Shown here: piece after piece, positions 26,262 to 39,249 of the stretch
How positions within the stretch are numbered: the stretch's first letter is position 1
Layout: the number at the start of each line of letters is the position of its first letter
DNA from: Octopus bimaculoides
Taxonomy: Eukaryota
Assembly: GCF_001194135.2 (NCBI RefSeq)
Contig: NC_069003.1
Location: 19,866,461-19,930,460 of the forward strand
Length of the DNA: 64,000 nt
Reading direction: 5' to 3'
The notes under the pieces: model-generated
What the model was told of the DNA's origin: nothing
Seen by the model: only the letters and a program-made list of their open reading frames with translations
Database searches by the model: none
Translations under genes and position numbers: made by a program

Positions 26262-26894
26262 AATTTGAGAAAGATATTACTATTTGTTAGCACATCTGAT
26301 CAGAGAATGTTGAACATATTTACTATCATTCAAGCTATGCTACCAATCCTGCTGCAAACAAAGCAGGACAAATGTAAGGTTTCGTCAAAAAAAAAAAAAA
26401 AAAAGCCTCAACAATCAAAAGCGAATGTGAAGCAAAGAATTTTCAAAATACCCCACAAAGCTGAGAGCTGACAAAGTTGTTAGAGTATTAGACACAGTGC
26501 TTTGTGATATTTGTTTGTGGATCTCTGTGTTCTTAGTTCAACTCCTACTAAAGTAAACTTCACTTTTTGTCAATTTGGGATCAATAAAAAAAAGTGTGCC
26601 ATGCCAAAGTGGTGGACTACTTGAACTGTAAGAATGTCAAACCAAATGCCGATATTTGGTCTGACTCTTGGCAATCTGAGTTCAAATCTTTCCATAATCT
26701 ACTTGGGTAACAGGCTTAACCCATTGCCCAGTGTAACAGCACCATCTAACATATTCAGGCCAGGTTTCTAGTTTGAAGAAAACTTTCCTCCCCAACACTC
26801 ACTCCTGGAATATATATTAACATTCCTGGAAACTCTATAACAGGGTCATGGGAACTGCCTTCCCTCCTGATTAAAAAGACTTTTAAAAATCACA

Positions 26895-27083
26895 TCACAA
26901 AATAATTCTGAATTTTCCCTTAAAACTTGTCAAGACAGCAGCTGTGAAACATGCAGTATAGACAACTTCAACAATCTGGAAACTAGTTCTGAGACAGAAT
27001 TCAAGAACAGACGTTTCACATTAAATTCTGAAATGAACTTCAAAACAGAAAATTTGGTATGTTGTATGAATACAACTCAATAG
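26895..27083 (+). pseudogene. Probable Penelope-like GIY-YIG endonuclease N-terminal fragment
   Basis: Open frame reads FSLKTCQDSSCETCS...ETEFKNRRFTLNSEMNFKTENLVCCM*, resembling the Cys-rich segment preceding the GIY motif in Penelope/Neptune elements; recognised by eye only. Confidence 0.45.
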
Positions 27084-27350
27084 CCATTTATACTTATCAC
27101 AAATCAAGACACAACTGGTCTAATTATCAGCAACATTAGTAATTGATATTTATGCATTATACAGTATATATTGGAAATTGTAGTCATGAAACAGCTGTAA
27201 AAGCAATTCCATTTATTTGTCAGTGCATGAAAACAAAACTAAATTTACTTTAGTTCATATATTCATAGCAAGATTTTTTACAAAACTCTAGACACTTCTC
27301 AAATTTTTTTTATATATGCTATGTTTGAGCATAAATATTTCTTTATATCA

Positions 27351-27384
<34 letters not shown>

Positions 27385-28399
27385 AGTGTGTTTTTGCAGT
27401 GAAATGAATATAGTTATCAATAAAAACTACAACCTGTCTTTCTTAATTATTTCATGACAGACTTTGGAAAAAGACATGAACATCACAAGCTCTCGTACAT
27501 CTCCCCTTCCTTAAACAGTGTGTGTGTTTGTGTGTATGACTGCATAAATAAAAGTATGCAAAATTAAACAAGAAGAATATTACAGTCAGGTCTCATTTTG
27601 TTTCTTTTTAAATTTGCTGACAATTATGATCAGATATATTTTGATTGTTCATGACAGAAAGAGAGTGAAGAAAAAATACATTGTTCAGAATCTTTGGTCT
27701 GAGGAATTTTCAGGCAACATGGGTATTTGATAGTAGCTCTTAGATAGCTACACTTTATCGTGATAAAGTTCAAAGACAATGAGATACAAATTAGAAAAAA
27801 GCCAATGTAACTTTAAAAAGTTAAACTTCTCTTGAAGAAGAAGAAAATGAATAAAAACCATGAAAATATGAATAACTGAAATCTCCAAATAACGAAAAAA
27901 ATATCTATCTATAGCATCTTTATACAACAATATTGCATCATTTAATATTTATATAAACTACAAAGGAAATATTGAAATAAAGAAATGGAAGTTAAATGAG
28001 AGAGGGTTAGAAAGTATAATAAATTATAAATGCATTTATTATTCAAAGAACTTCCAAAAGATATACAAATGCGTATTGTGATTAAATAACTATAAGAAAT
28101 GCAATAGATAATCACATTCTTGTGTGTAAAAATTTTTTTAAAAGATGGTTTCACTGGAATAATTATGTCTTAATTGAAGTCAGTAACTTTAGTATAAAGA
28201 GACATCATCTTTGATCTGTGGCAAAATAACTTAAAAAAATAAATGTTTGAAAACAACAGCATTTTAGACATAAAATGTTTTTGGCAAGTGAAACAACCAT
28301 ACCTGCATCCTGATAAGAAAGCATAATTTTTTTTAGATATGCTCCCCACCCCATTACTAATTCTATATAATTACTGTTTTAAAAAATAGTAATAGTTTC

Positions 28400-28601
28400 T
28401 GATTTAGGCATAAGACTAGCACTTTTGAAGGGAGAGAGAGTAGCTGATGCCATCAACTCCAGTGCTTGATTGGTACATGACATTACCACCAAAGAGGGAT
28501 GACAGACAAAGTTGAGCTCAATGAGATTTGAACTCAGAAATGTGAAGAGGCAGAAGAAATACAGCTTGCATCAGAAAAAAAAAATTTATCATTGCTGCTG
28601 C

Positions 28602-28644
<43 letters not shown>

Positions 28645-28830
28645 GTTGTTGTTGTTGTTGTTGTTGTTAAGGCAGAAATCTGGCAGAATTGTTAGTATGC
28701 CAATGAAAATGCTCAGCAGCATTTCATCCATTATTACATTCTGAGTTTAAATTCCGCCGAGGTCAACTTTGCCTTTCATCCTTTCAGGGTCGATAAAATA
28801 AGTAAGCAGTGGGGTTGATGTAATCAAAAA
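28400..28830. mobile_element. Two family B SINEs, head to head, separated by (TGC)(TTA)(TTG) microsatellites
   Basis: Minus copy ~28400-28575 (gatttgaactcagaa); plus copy ~28670-28830 (ctgagtttaaattccgccgaggtcaactttgcctttcatcctttcagggtcgataaaataagta). Confidence 0.8.
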
Positions 28831-30955
28831 TTTGCAATAATAATTATTTCTATTATTTGCAACAAGGGAAATGGACACTACATATTTTTTTATAAATGGA
28901 AAGGGATTATATTAAGACCAATTATGAAAAAAATTTTCTTTTTTTTTTTAGTGTCTTTGATTTTCTTTGTATTTTGTTTTGTTCTAAGTTGCCTGACTCA
29001 CACCCTTTCATCATCCTTTTATGCCCACTTTCCCTGCTAGCATGGTTTGGATTAGTCAACTAGTCTTGCTTCAATGTCTCGGTTTTGGTATGGCTTCTAG
29101 GCTTGAGCTTTTCTTAATACTAACAACTTTACATAGTATATGAGGTGTGTTTTTTCATGGCATTGGCGGTAGAGAGGTTGCTTGGCCCTCAGTAAGACTA
29201 AGGATTCCTCTCAACTTTGTGTTGTCAGTGTTTCATTCACCAAATGCTTTAGAAAGAATGTAGTGGATTTTATTTTGTCATAGCAGCAGCACAAATGGGG
29301 GTCATCTTGTAAATGAACCCCCATATCTGAAAGAGTAGAAGTTGAAGTACAATGGAAGGAAGAGAATTATTGCTGAGAGAGTGTAGTAGTGGAGAGAATG
29401 ACAGAGGAGACACTGTTGCGGGGGGGCGGGGGGGGAGAAGGAGTAGTACCTGGGGTTAGAGTGTGTGTGTGTGCACGCACACATGTGCTTCTTTTACCAA
29501 TATATATCAGTAAAGGATATTATTAACAAAACCAGAAAATCAGAGCTTTTTGAATAAATATTTGTTCTGCACCAAGTTATAACCCTGATACTCCCTTGTC
29601 ACTCTTGCAACCAGAAACATTGGGAAATCAGTAATTGGTTTATTAGAAATCTATAACCAATGGCACTATTGCACACCAACTGTGATATAAAATTTTAAAA
29701 ATTCCTATCAAATCCTCTCTAAACATAGAGAAACAAGTTGGATGATGACAACAAAATTGGCTAAAACCTTACAAGACAATCAAGTAGCAACATGTCCACA
29801 CCCAAATAGAGAATAGACTGGTTGACGTGTTAGCCTGAAATGACAATCCAGTGTCCTAGGCTGCTTGTTCACATGAAGCCTATAACACATTGAGAGCTTT
29901 TTCACTGGCCCAAAGTTTATTCAGGGCCAAATAACAATAATAACAACTATAATGCCACCAATATAAATGTTTCTAATTTAAGCAGACAGCCAGAAATTTG
30001 TGGAGAAGGATAAATTGATTAAATTGATTCTACTATTTGATTAGTACTTTATTTCACTGACACTAGAGGAACGAAAGGTATAGTTGATCTGGTCGGGATT
30101 TGAACTCAGAACATCAAGAAGGTAAACAAATATTTAAGGCATTTGTCCAATGCTGTAATGATTCTGCCAATCCATCAATATAATAAAAGAACTAATATAA
30201 TGTTAAGATGTTAAGGCCACTAAATATGACATGACAAAAAGCAATGCAGGGCTAAGGCCTTGTTTCATGTGTTATGTACTTCAGAGATACTACATGAGGT
30301 GTCATTCCATAGTAGGAGATATTCCCCAATCTAATATCTATTTCTGACAGTAAGGTAAAATGAGAAGACAGAGCCTTGAACATGAATGTGTTGAAAGTAG
30401 AGAAAATGGTACAAAGAAGTGGTGGGGCTGACTGACTGGCCTTACAACTTGAATTCAGTAAGACCAACTCAAGGCGATCACCAAAGTCTGTAGGCATGAT
30501 ACCTGAAGAAAAGGGAGGTAAAATGATGTACATGAAAGCATACTTCCCAAAATCCAAGTCACACCTACCATCTTAAAAAATAAATGGCACACTGGAGAAT
30601 GTAATTCTGAATATATGGAAAAATAATATGTTCATGACTGAAATATCTTTGATCTGAAGTCCACCTGATCAGGGTTGATACAGGGTTAATAAAGAAATAC
30701 TCTCAGCATGTTTCAAATTAAGATCTGCTGAGCTGGTAGTTCAATACAATATTCATTTAGTGATTTCATCTTTACCAATAGAATGATTGCTCTTTATTAA
30801 AGTAGACTGTCACCTGTTTGGCTAGAAATGCAACCAAATCTCTCTCAAATCCTGTCCTACCATCAAAATGAATTTTAAAAAAAGGCCAGGTGATATAGTT
30901 CAAAATATCATGAGTTCTACTGTCAATTTTGGCATATGAGCAACCAGGTGTTTGA

Positions 30956-31191
30956 CCAACTTACTCATTGAATTAGCTTCTGTAGTAGTTGAGTATACCA
31001 CAGACAAGTATACCCTTAACATAATTCTTAGGTACTGCCACAAGCTCCAGTCCTTATTGTGGTGTGGCATGCTTCAATGACACTGAAAGGTATCCAGCAG
31101 AGTGAAAGCTCCTAGTAGGGCCACCCATGCTGGACAGGTCAAGAGATAGATGCCAGGTTAATATGGACCACTTCTTCCCAAATGTAAAAAT
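30956..31191 (+). repeat. Left arm of near-perfect long inverted repeat
   Basis: Reverse complement of 32132-32368, differing by one substitution (ggacaGgtc/ggacaTgtc) and one 1-nt indel. Confidence 0.97.
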
Positions 31192-32131
31192 AATTAGGTT
31201 TGAGAAGGGCCAACATTCCTACCAAGAAAAAAAGACCAAAAAAAGTTACTGAAGCATTGATAATAGTTCAAAATCAACAAAGCTTGGAAGAGGAAGGCCT
31301 TACAGTGAAGAGTCAAAAACAAAGGAGAAAAGTTGTCAATAGCCTATGTTTTAAAGGAATGAAGGACTTAAAAAGTAATTCTCAGGAAGAATCAATAAGA
31401 CAGTGTGAGAAGCTGGACTTGTGAATTATGGGTACAGGACATCAGACAGGTTTCCACAGAGTTTCCATGTACTCAAATTCTTTCACAACTTGAGGCCATG
31501 GTAAAAGCACTAACCTAAAATGTCAGGTAATAAAATTGAACCATGTCCCTCATGGATGCAGAACAAGCATTTTAACCATTTATCCATGCCTGCATCCAGT
31601 CCTGGATATGCAAAACAATGGATTGGCCATAGCTAAAATATTTTAGATCATACAGCTGCTTAATCAAAGCAGTCCTTGGGCTAAACAATAACAAGTCAAT
31701 TATGACACTAATCACATGCATATGAACGGAATATAATCATTTCCTCCCTAATTGGTTCTTCCTTAATATAGTCAAAATGAGTCATGAACAGATAGAATTT
31801 TCTAAAATTAAAATTTCTCATTAAATAAGATACTGCTTAATTTTTGCTTGAGATACACTGGTGCTAACTTTTACACCTAGTTTAATTCTGTGTCTAAGTG
31901 GATTATTCCCTCTCAACCCCCAAACCCTACCCCTCAAGGTAAACCTCTATGCTTCTGTACGAGAACATGAAGTCATCTTGAGTGTATTAACCTTTTACGA
32001 TAACAGTCCTCATTCCAGAATCCAATTAATTTAATTAGCATACCTTTCGTTATATACACGCAAAAAACTTCCCCTACAAAACAAATTTTAAACTTACCCA
32101 TTATCACCACCACCACCACCATTCATCATAA

Positions 32132-32368
32132 ATTTTTACATTTGGGAAGAAGTGGTCCATATTAACCTGGCATCTATCTCTTGACATGTCCAGCATGGGT
32201 GGCCCTACTAGGAGCTTTCACTCTGCTGGCATACCTTTCAGTGTCATTGAAGCATGCCACACCACAATAAGGACTGGAGCTTGTGGCAGTACCTAAGAAT
32301 TATGTTAAGGGTATACTTGTCTGTGGTATACTCAACTACTACAGAAGCTAATTCAATGAGTAAGTTGG
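32132..32368 (-). repeat. Right arm of near-perfect long inverted repeat
   Basis: See left arm; aligned base by base by eye. Confidence 0.97.
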
Positions 32369-32430
32369 GCAACCAACTATAACCTGGTTGCCTGAACCAC
32401 TCTTTCACTAATTATCTTAGATGCTTTAGT

Positions 32431-32736
32431 GAAGGTGCATCATTTAGTGATTAAGGTATTTGGCTCGCAATTGTAAGGTCATGAGTTCGATTCCTGGAGG
32501 TGTGGTGTTTCCTTGAGCAAGACACTATGTTTCACATTGTTTCGATCCGCTCAGCTGGAAAAATTCAGTTGTACCTGAAATTCAAAGGGTCAGCCTTGTC
32601 ACATGCTGTGTCACACTGAATCTCCCTGAGAACTATGTTAAGAGTATGTGTTAATTTCACCTGCACGTCAATTGCACAAGCAGGCTGTTCCGTTGATTGG
32701 ATCAACTGAGACCCTCGTTGTAACCGAGGGAGTGCC
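32431..32736 (+). mobile_element. SINE family D, tRNA-derived
   Basis: ttagtgattaaggtatttggctcgcaattgtaaggtcatgagttcgattcctgg head; body cagccttgtcaca..gtgtcacactgaatctccctgagaactatgttaag; ends gggagtgcc followed by poly-T. Confidence 0.85.
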
Positions 32737-33665
32737 AGTTTTTTTTTTTTTTCAGGTACCTATGTAGACACCCTTACAACTCCACACACACACCTTTTAC
32801 CCAGCAGAACAGCAAAGATGTGACAGTTGGAGGGAGAAAAGTTTGCACCAGCAGTTAACTGGAACTCCTTTTCAGCTGAATAGACTGGTACAATATGCCT
32901 TGCTCAAGGACGCAATGTGCTGCCTAACCCAGGAATCAAACCTACAACCTCATGATCATCAGCCCAGCACCCTAACCACTGTATACATACATAAAAACAT
33001 CACCTACAAATATACCACAATCACAACCACCATTACTATTGCCACCATCTACAGTTAATCATAAACACAAGCCAATGAGGAAGTTTCTATGTGCTCACTT
33101 AGTTTACAGTAAATAGCAGCTAAAATTTTCCTCAAATCACTCTCTACTCAAATTTAAAAAAGGACAGATCGAACAATGTCATTGTGCAAGTACAAAATGA
33201 TGTAATATTCAGGGCTGGAAAGGCTTCACTCATAGCTAGTTTTACTCAGAGCTTATCAGTGGCTAAACAACATCGCAAGCACTATCAACACCATCTGTAA
33301 ACTATATGAAAAAAGAAAAAAATCTATGATCATCACCAACAAAGAGAGTTTTTATGCAGTTACTCAACTTGCCAGAAATAACAAATTTCTTCAGATCACA
33401 CCCTCCTGTTCTATAATAAAGACACATTGTACAGTGTACCCTCTGATATACAAAAACAAAAGATGGTTGCAACCAGTCTGGGGTTAAACACCAACAGCAT
33501 CAAAAACACAATCAACAACTCCACTCACTAACATAAACACAAACACTACTCTGTAGGGTTTCTAAATATGGTAGAAATAACAGTAAAAATCTCCCTCGCC
33601 TCTTGAAAATGGTAAAGGATATATTAGACAATTAAGTTTTAGGTAAACAGAAAGAAGAAGAATCA

Positions 33666-33706
<41 letters not shown>

Positions 33707-33799
33707 CAAGAATAAGGGCAGGGAATCGTCAATTAATAATAGAATTAATAATTAACAATTTTGCCAAGTAGTTCAGTATGAAAAAACCTTTATTGGTAA

Positions 33800-34056
33800 N
33801 NNNNNNNNNNNNNNNNNNNNNNNNNNNNNNNNNNNNNNNNNNNNNNNNNNNNNNNNNNNNNNNNNNNNNNNNNNNNNNNNNNNNNNNNNNNNNNNNNNNN
33901 NNNNNNNNNNNNNNNNNNNNNNNNNNNNNNNNNNNNNNNNNNNNNNNNNNNNNNNNNNNNNNNNNNNNNNNNNNNNNNNNNNNNNNNNNNNNNNNNNNNN
34001 NNNNNNNNNNNNNNNNNNNNNNNNNNNNNNNNNNNNNNNNNNNNNNNNNNNNNNNN
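33800..34056. other. Assembly gap (N run)
   Basis: N bases; abuts (TA)n. Confidence 1.
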
Positions 34057-34084
34057 TATATATATATATATATATATATATTAC

Positions 34085-34450
34085 AGACACAGCTGTGTGG
34101 TTAAAGAGTTCACTTCTCAACCACATGGTTTGAGATTCAGTTCTACTGTGTGGTGCCTTAGGTATGTATCTTCTTCTATAGCTCTGGGCCAACCAAAGCC
34201 ATATAAATGGATTTGGCGGATGGAAACTAAAAGAAACTTATTGTGCATGTGTGTGTGTGTGTCCTTGCCTTGACATTACATGATAGTTGTAAAGGAGCAT
34301 TACTACCATCATGCAAATGATATCTTCCATGATAACGTGTCCTTACTTGGAAACAGGAGAGCATTGGTGAGAGCAAAGGCATTCAGCTAAAGAAAATCTG
34401 CCTCAACAAATTGCATCTAACCCAAGTAAGCAGGGAAAAATGAATGTTAA
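34085..34450 (+). mobile_element. SINE family A2
   Basis: cagctgtgtggttaaagagttcacttctcaaccacatgg head, ccttgacattacatgatagttgtaaa core, gaaaatctgcctcaacaaatt..gcagggaaaaatgaatgttaa tail. Confidence 0.8.
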
Positions 34451-35212
34451 TATATATTCTTTTATTCTTTACCAGTTGTAGTCACTGGGCTGTGGCCTTA
34501 CTGGGGCAATGCCTTAAATAGTTTAGTCAATTATGATTTACTTAGAAAATTCATTTTACAGACATTACCATGTGTATCCCAGGTTTAAAATAAGAACAAG
34601 TGTCCCTGTGTGTTGTAAGAGGTGACTAAAAGGTTTCACAACAGAAAGTGTAAAATGAAAATACTCAGAAATACTATCCAACCATGCCAGCATGGAAAAG
34701 CAAACTAAAACACAGATCATGACAATAAATTCTGTAAATAAGTATTTTTTAAAAGGTTACTAACGTTAATCCTAATACTAAACCACAGGATATCTTCAAT
34801 AATTTAACACACTTTCTATAGTAACCCACTGAGCATATCACTAAACTATCCGTATCTAAATTTTTCTCCTGAACATTTGATGTAACAGTTAATTCAATCC
34901 AATCACTTTTAATAAAGCATCATGTTGTATGTTATTTAGAGTATTTTAGTCTCAAGGGTAAAGGTCATGCTAGAATACTGCTTCATGACCGAGAATGATT
35001 ATATTCTATCAATTGTTTCAGTCACTGGACTACAGCTAAGCTACTTTTATATTTTTTATCTTTTACTTGTTTCAGTCATTAGATTGTAGCCATGCTAGGG
35101 CACTGCTTGGAAGAATTTTCAGTTGAATGAAATGACCACAGTACTTTTTTTTTAAGCTTGCTACTTACTCTATTAGTCTTCTTTTGCTGAACCACTAAGT
35201 TAGGATGAAGAT

Positions 35213-35324
35213 ATTTACAGCACCTAGGTTTCCTAAGCAGTCACCCATCTAAGTATTAACTAGGCTCAATATTGCTTAACTTCGGCGACTGTACAAAAAC
35301 CAGTGTTTTTATTGCGATATGGGC
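35213..35324 (-). pseudogene. 5S rRNA pseudogene or 5S-derived repeat
   Basis: The reverse complement gcccatatcgcaataaaaacactggtttttgtacagtcgccgaagttaagcaatattgagcctagttaatacttagatgggtgactgcttaggaaacctaggtgctgta is colinear with invertebrate 5S rRNA (..CCGAAGTTAAGCAA..GTTAGTACTTGGATGGGTGACCGCCTGGGAA..GGTG.TGTAG). Many mismatches are CpG-type transitions. Confidence 0.85.
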
Positions 35325-35331
35325 ATATATA

Positions 35332-36560
35332 TCAGGTCATCCCATAAGTTCTTTCCGATTTTACCTTTTTTAAAATTGAATGAAATTTAATAGTATTTTA
35401 GAATGTCTAATGGAATTAAAAATTATTTTTATGCATTTGTGTACATTTAAACTAATTAAATATTATTTTACAGAATAATAGAATTAAAATTTCTTTGATC
35501 AAAGCCCTTTCTAACATGGAAGTATCCAAAGAGTATTTAAGGCACATAATGCTTTAGGAGTACAAAAAAGGAAACTCTGCAGCCAAAGCAACTCAAAACA
35601 TACACTCAGTTTATGGGAAAGAATGCTTGAATGAAAGAACTTGGAGAAGATGGTTTGCAAAATTCAGAAGTGGAGATTTCAGCCTTGAAGATGAAGATCA
35701 AACAGGACGTCCAGTTGAGTTTGATGATAAGCTCCTTGAGGCATTACTTGAAGAAAATCCTGCATTATCAGTTGAAGAATTGGCAATAAAACTTAGTTCA
35801 AACCATACAACTGTTCATCATCATCTTCAACAACTTGGAAAGGTTCCTAAACTTGGAAAATGAGTGCCTCATGAATTGTCCAAAAAACAAATGCAAATCC
35901 CGAGTTGACATCTGCTCTTCTCTCCATTCTCGCAAACTCATTTCACCCTTTTTGGATAGACTTATAACTGGTGATGAAAAATGGATCTTCTATCGAAATG
36001 TTAAGCATCGTAAACAATGGATTGGTAAAAGGGAAAAAGCTCAACCATGACCGAGAAGAGAACTTCATGGAAAAAAAGGTTCTTCTCTCTACCTGGTGGG
36101 ATTGCAAAGGAGTAATTCACTTTGAATTGTTACCACCTAATGCAACATTCAATGCTCAAGTCTGCTATCAACAATTAGAGCATTTGAACCAAGCTTTGAA
36201 GAAAAAAAGTCCCGCTTTAGTGAATCGAAAAGGAGTGATGTTTCATCAGGACAATGCACGACCCCACACTGCAAAGATCACATCACAGAAGATTGAAGAG
36301 CTTGGTTGGGAAAAAATTCCTCATCCACCTTATTCTCCCAACCTTGCTCCTTCAGACAACCATCTGTTTCATAGTTTACAGAATCATTTGGGTGACGTAA
36401 CTGTCGCAAGTCAGGATGAGGTCAAAACTGATATTTCAGAGTTCTTAGTTTGAAAACAAACAAGTTTTACATCGATGGGATTTAAAATCTTGTAAATAGA
36501 TAGAAGGAAGTCATAGATAATCAGGGAAAGTACATAGACGACTAAATTTCAATTAAATAT
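35332..36560 (+). mobile_element. Mariner (DD34D) transposon, near full length, right TIR missing
   Basis: TA|tcaggtcatcccataag left TIR, sharing its core with the 7302 element. No matching right TIR follows the transposase. Confidence 0.92.
35516..36545 (+). pseudogene. Mariner transposase pseudogene
   Basis: MEVSKEYLRHIML*..RWFAKFRSGDFSLEDE..GRP.., *VPHEL (WVPHEL with a stop), TGDEKW, FHQDNARPH and YSPNLAPSD, with 34 residues counted between the 2nd and 3rd Asp. Stops and frameshifts are present. Confidence 0.93.
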
Positions 36561-37109
36561 ATATATACATAATATATAAATTCATCATAATTTTAACATC
36601 TACTTTTCCATGCATGCATGAGTAAGACAAGACTATGTTGAGGCAGTTTTCTACAACTGGATGCCATTCATGATAGCAATCCTCACTTGTCTATCAAGTA
36701 AGAAAGAACTGGAAACAAACAGCACCATTTTAATGAACTTTTTGTTTACAAGGATTATGCAACATGTCAAGCAGCCAAAACATGTTTTCAAAATGGATCA
36801 TACACTGCTGGCACTGTTTGTATGAACAGTGAGGCTTTTGTTTACTATCAAAACATACATGTGAAAATGAGGAGAAATATGAACCCAATTGCACAAAAAT
36901 ATACATATTTACATATATAACAGGTTTCTTCCAACTATTAATTTCAATCACAAAGTATTGGTTGACTTGCAGCTATGGAAAAGGACACCAAGTAGCAATA
37001 TCCACACACTAAGACTGAACTTCTAACCATGTGATTCAAAGCATCCTAACCACAGGTGTACATGTGCCCATGTGTGTGTGAGAGAGAGAGTGTATATATA
37101 TGTACACAT

Positions 37110-37480
37110 ATCTTTTATCTTTTACTTGTTTCAGTCATTAGACTGCAGCCATGCTGAGACACCTCCTTCAAGGATTTTAGTTGAATGTATTGATCCCAGG
37201 ACATTCTTTTTTAAAACCTGGCACTTATTCTATCAGACTTTTTGTCAAACTTTCAAGTCATGAAAACCTAAACACACACCAACACCTATTGTCAAGTAGC
37301 TGCAGAGACACACACACACATGATGGGCTTCTTTCAGTTTCCATCTAGCAAATCCACACACAAGGTTTTCATCAGTCCAAGTCTATAGTAGAAGACATTT
37401 GCCCAAGGTGCTATGCAGTGCGACTGAACCTGGAACTATGTGGTTGGGAAGCAAACTTCTTACCACAAGTTCCCACGCAC
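37110..37480 (-). mobile_element. SINE family A, full length, followed by an extra head fragment (~37490-37610)
   Basis: ttttacttgtttcagtcattagactgcagccatgctg tail end to tgcccaaggtgc..actgaacctggaactatgtggttgggaagcaaacttct head. Confidence 0.85.
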
Positions 37481-37744
37481 TTTCTGACTACCAAATTTGA
37501 ATCACAACCTGAAGCTATACTAAAAGACACATGCCCAAGATGCCACATTGGATCAAAACTGGAACCACATGGTTGCAAAATTAACTTCTTAACCACATGG
37601 TCATACCTGATCATATGGCCATAACTGCACCTACAAACACACCTTTAAGAATTACTACTCTAAAACATATAGCTTGATGTCCAATTATCTCAGTCATTAC
37701 CACTGACATTTTCTTCAAAAAATTTAATGGAAACATTTTATTTT

Positions 37745-38035
37745 TTTACAGCACTCCATTGGTTATGGCGACAAGTGTTCCAGTTGATTCAATCAATGGA
37801 ACAGACTGCTCATGAGATTAACTTAAAAGTGGCTGAGCACTCCATAGACATGCATAGCCTTAACATAGTTCTCAGAGCGATTCAGCATGAAACAGAGTGT
37901 AACAAGGCTGACACCTTTGATATACAGGTACTACTCAGTTTTGCTAGCTGAGTGGACTGGAGCAACATGAAATAAAGCGTCTTGCTCAAGGACACAATGC
38001 ACTGCTGGGTTGTGAACCAAATACTCTAAGCACTA
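37745..38035 (-). mobile_element. SINE family D
   Basis: Reverse complement of the 32431-32736 body (gcactcc..cttaacatagttctcag..acaaggctgac..cttgctcaaggacacaa). Confidence 0.85.
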
Positions 38036-39249
38036 AGCACACAATCCAATTGAAAAAGTTTCAACATTTTCCCAAAGAATAAGGTAACAATGAACTAGAA
38101 AAGTAAAGAAGGGGGTTGGTTGTGGTGATGATGGGATTGATTAAAATAAAATAAAATAAAGGACATGCACTTGCATTGTGGTCCAAAACTGATAGGAGTT
38201 TTAAAATCAGTGCTCCAAGTTGTACCTACCCCTACATTGTGTTTATTTACATGAAACCTCAAGATGGTCGGGCGAAATGCTAAAAATAGTGGCTGATTTC
38301 CTTCAAATCACACCTTAGTGTCTTAAAATATGGGAAGGCAACATTGAACAATGTAGTACATGGCCTTTACAGGCCCTCTGAGACTAGTGAAATAGATGTT
38401 GTTAATGTTTCTCTGGAACCATTGCAAGTCAACATCTGTGAGAAAAAAAAACAAGTAGGAAGGAAGTTCCGGAGAGAAGACATTTTGGTAAGGAAGAAGT
38501 GGGTGTAATGATTAATGTAGGAGCTGGGAGGGGTGGACACAACAGATGTGATGAGATGAGTGGACCCAGCTCAGAGCCCAGAAAGCTCAGAAGAGAAGTT
38601 ATTACAGTAGTGATGGAGAGAGAGAGAGAGAGAGAGAGAATACACTTGTGGCCCAGAAACTGGAGTGTGTCTAACATATTTTATGACAATCAGTCAGGTG
38701 GCTCCTTTCCTGAATGTCATTTAAGATGTTTGTGTGCACAATAGTGGTACCATCCCAAATGTGACAGTAATACTTCATTGTGGACCTCATTTGTAATATA
38801 TCAGTAATTACTGGAGGAAGAACATGTCATTAAAGGAGCAAAGAGTATTCTTAATATGATTGTTTGACCTGTTACAAATAATGAGTTAATGATGGACACT
38901 ACACCATCATGCAAACAGAAAGAAAATACAGAACATGAAATTGGTTGGAAGCACTATGTGGTCATCTGACCAGATACAATAAAATAGTAGCCACATCACC
39001 CTCAGATCACGTCCTACCACTTTTAAAAGAAAGGGAAGACTCATTGCAACCTACAATACTACAATCACTAAGTCTGAAAGAAAGATGGTTTATCAAGAAT
39101 ACTTTTAATCACAGGTCTGTCCGATCAATCAGAGTTTATGTGGAGGTAAACAACATCAACCTATACAAATGACAATTTAGGTAACTGTGGCATACATTTA
39201 CATAAACTGGCTTGTTGCTCTCTTTTAATCATCATTAGTATCATCATTG

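Noticed and set aside
29419-29435. G-runs as G-quadruplex elements (also 6678-6692)
   Set aside because: Short homopolymer runs within low-complexity tracts, with nothing to indicate function.
30956-32368. A conventional DNA transposon with long TIRs
   Set aside because: No TSD or superfamily-type terminal motif was found, the spacer has no transposase remnant (only an RTE-like 3' piece and SINE debris), and the arms are made of other repeats.
35213-35324. Functional 5S rRNA gene
   Set aside because: Many substitutions disrupt the stems, the 5' end is truncated, and there is no tandem array context.
35971-36453. 160-aa ORF as an active or domesticated transposase
   Set aside because: It is only the catalytic C-terminal part. 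Upstream stops (including in WVPHEL) and frameshifts break the gene, and the right TIR is lost.
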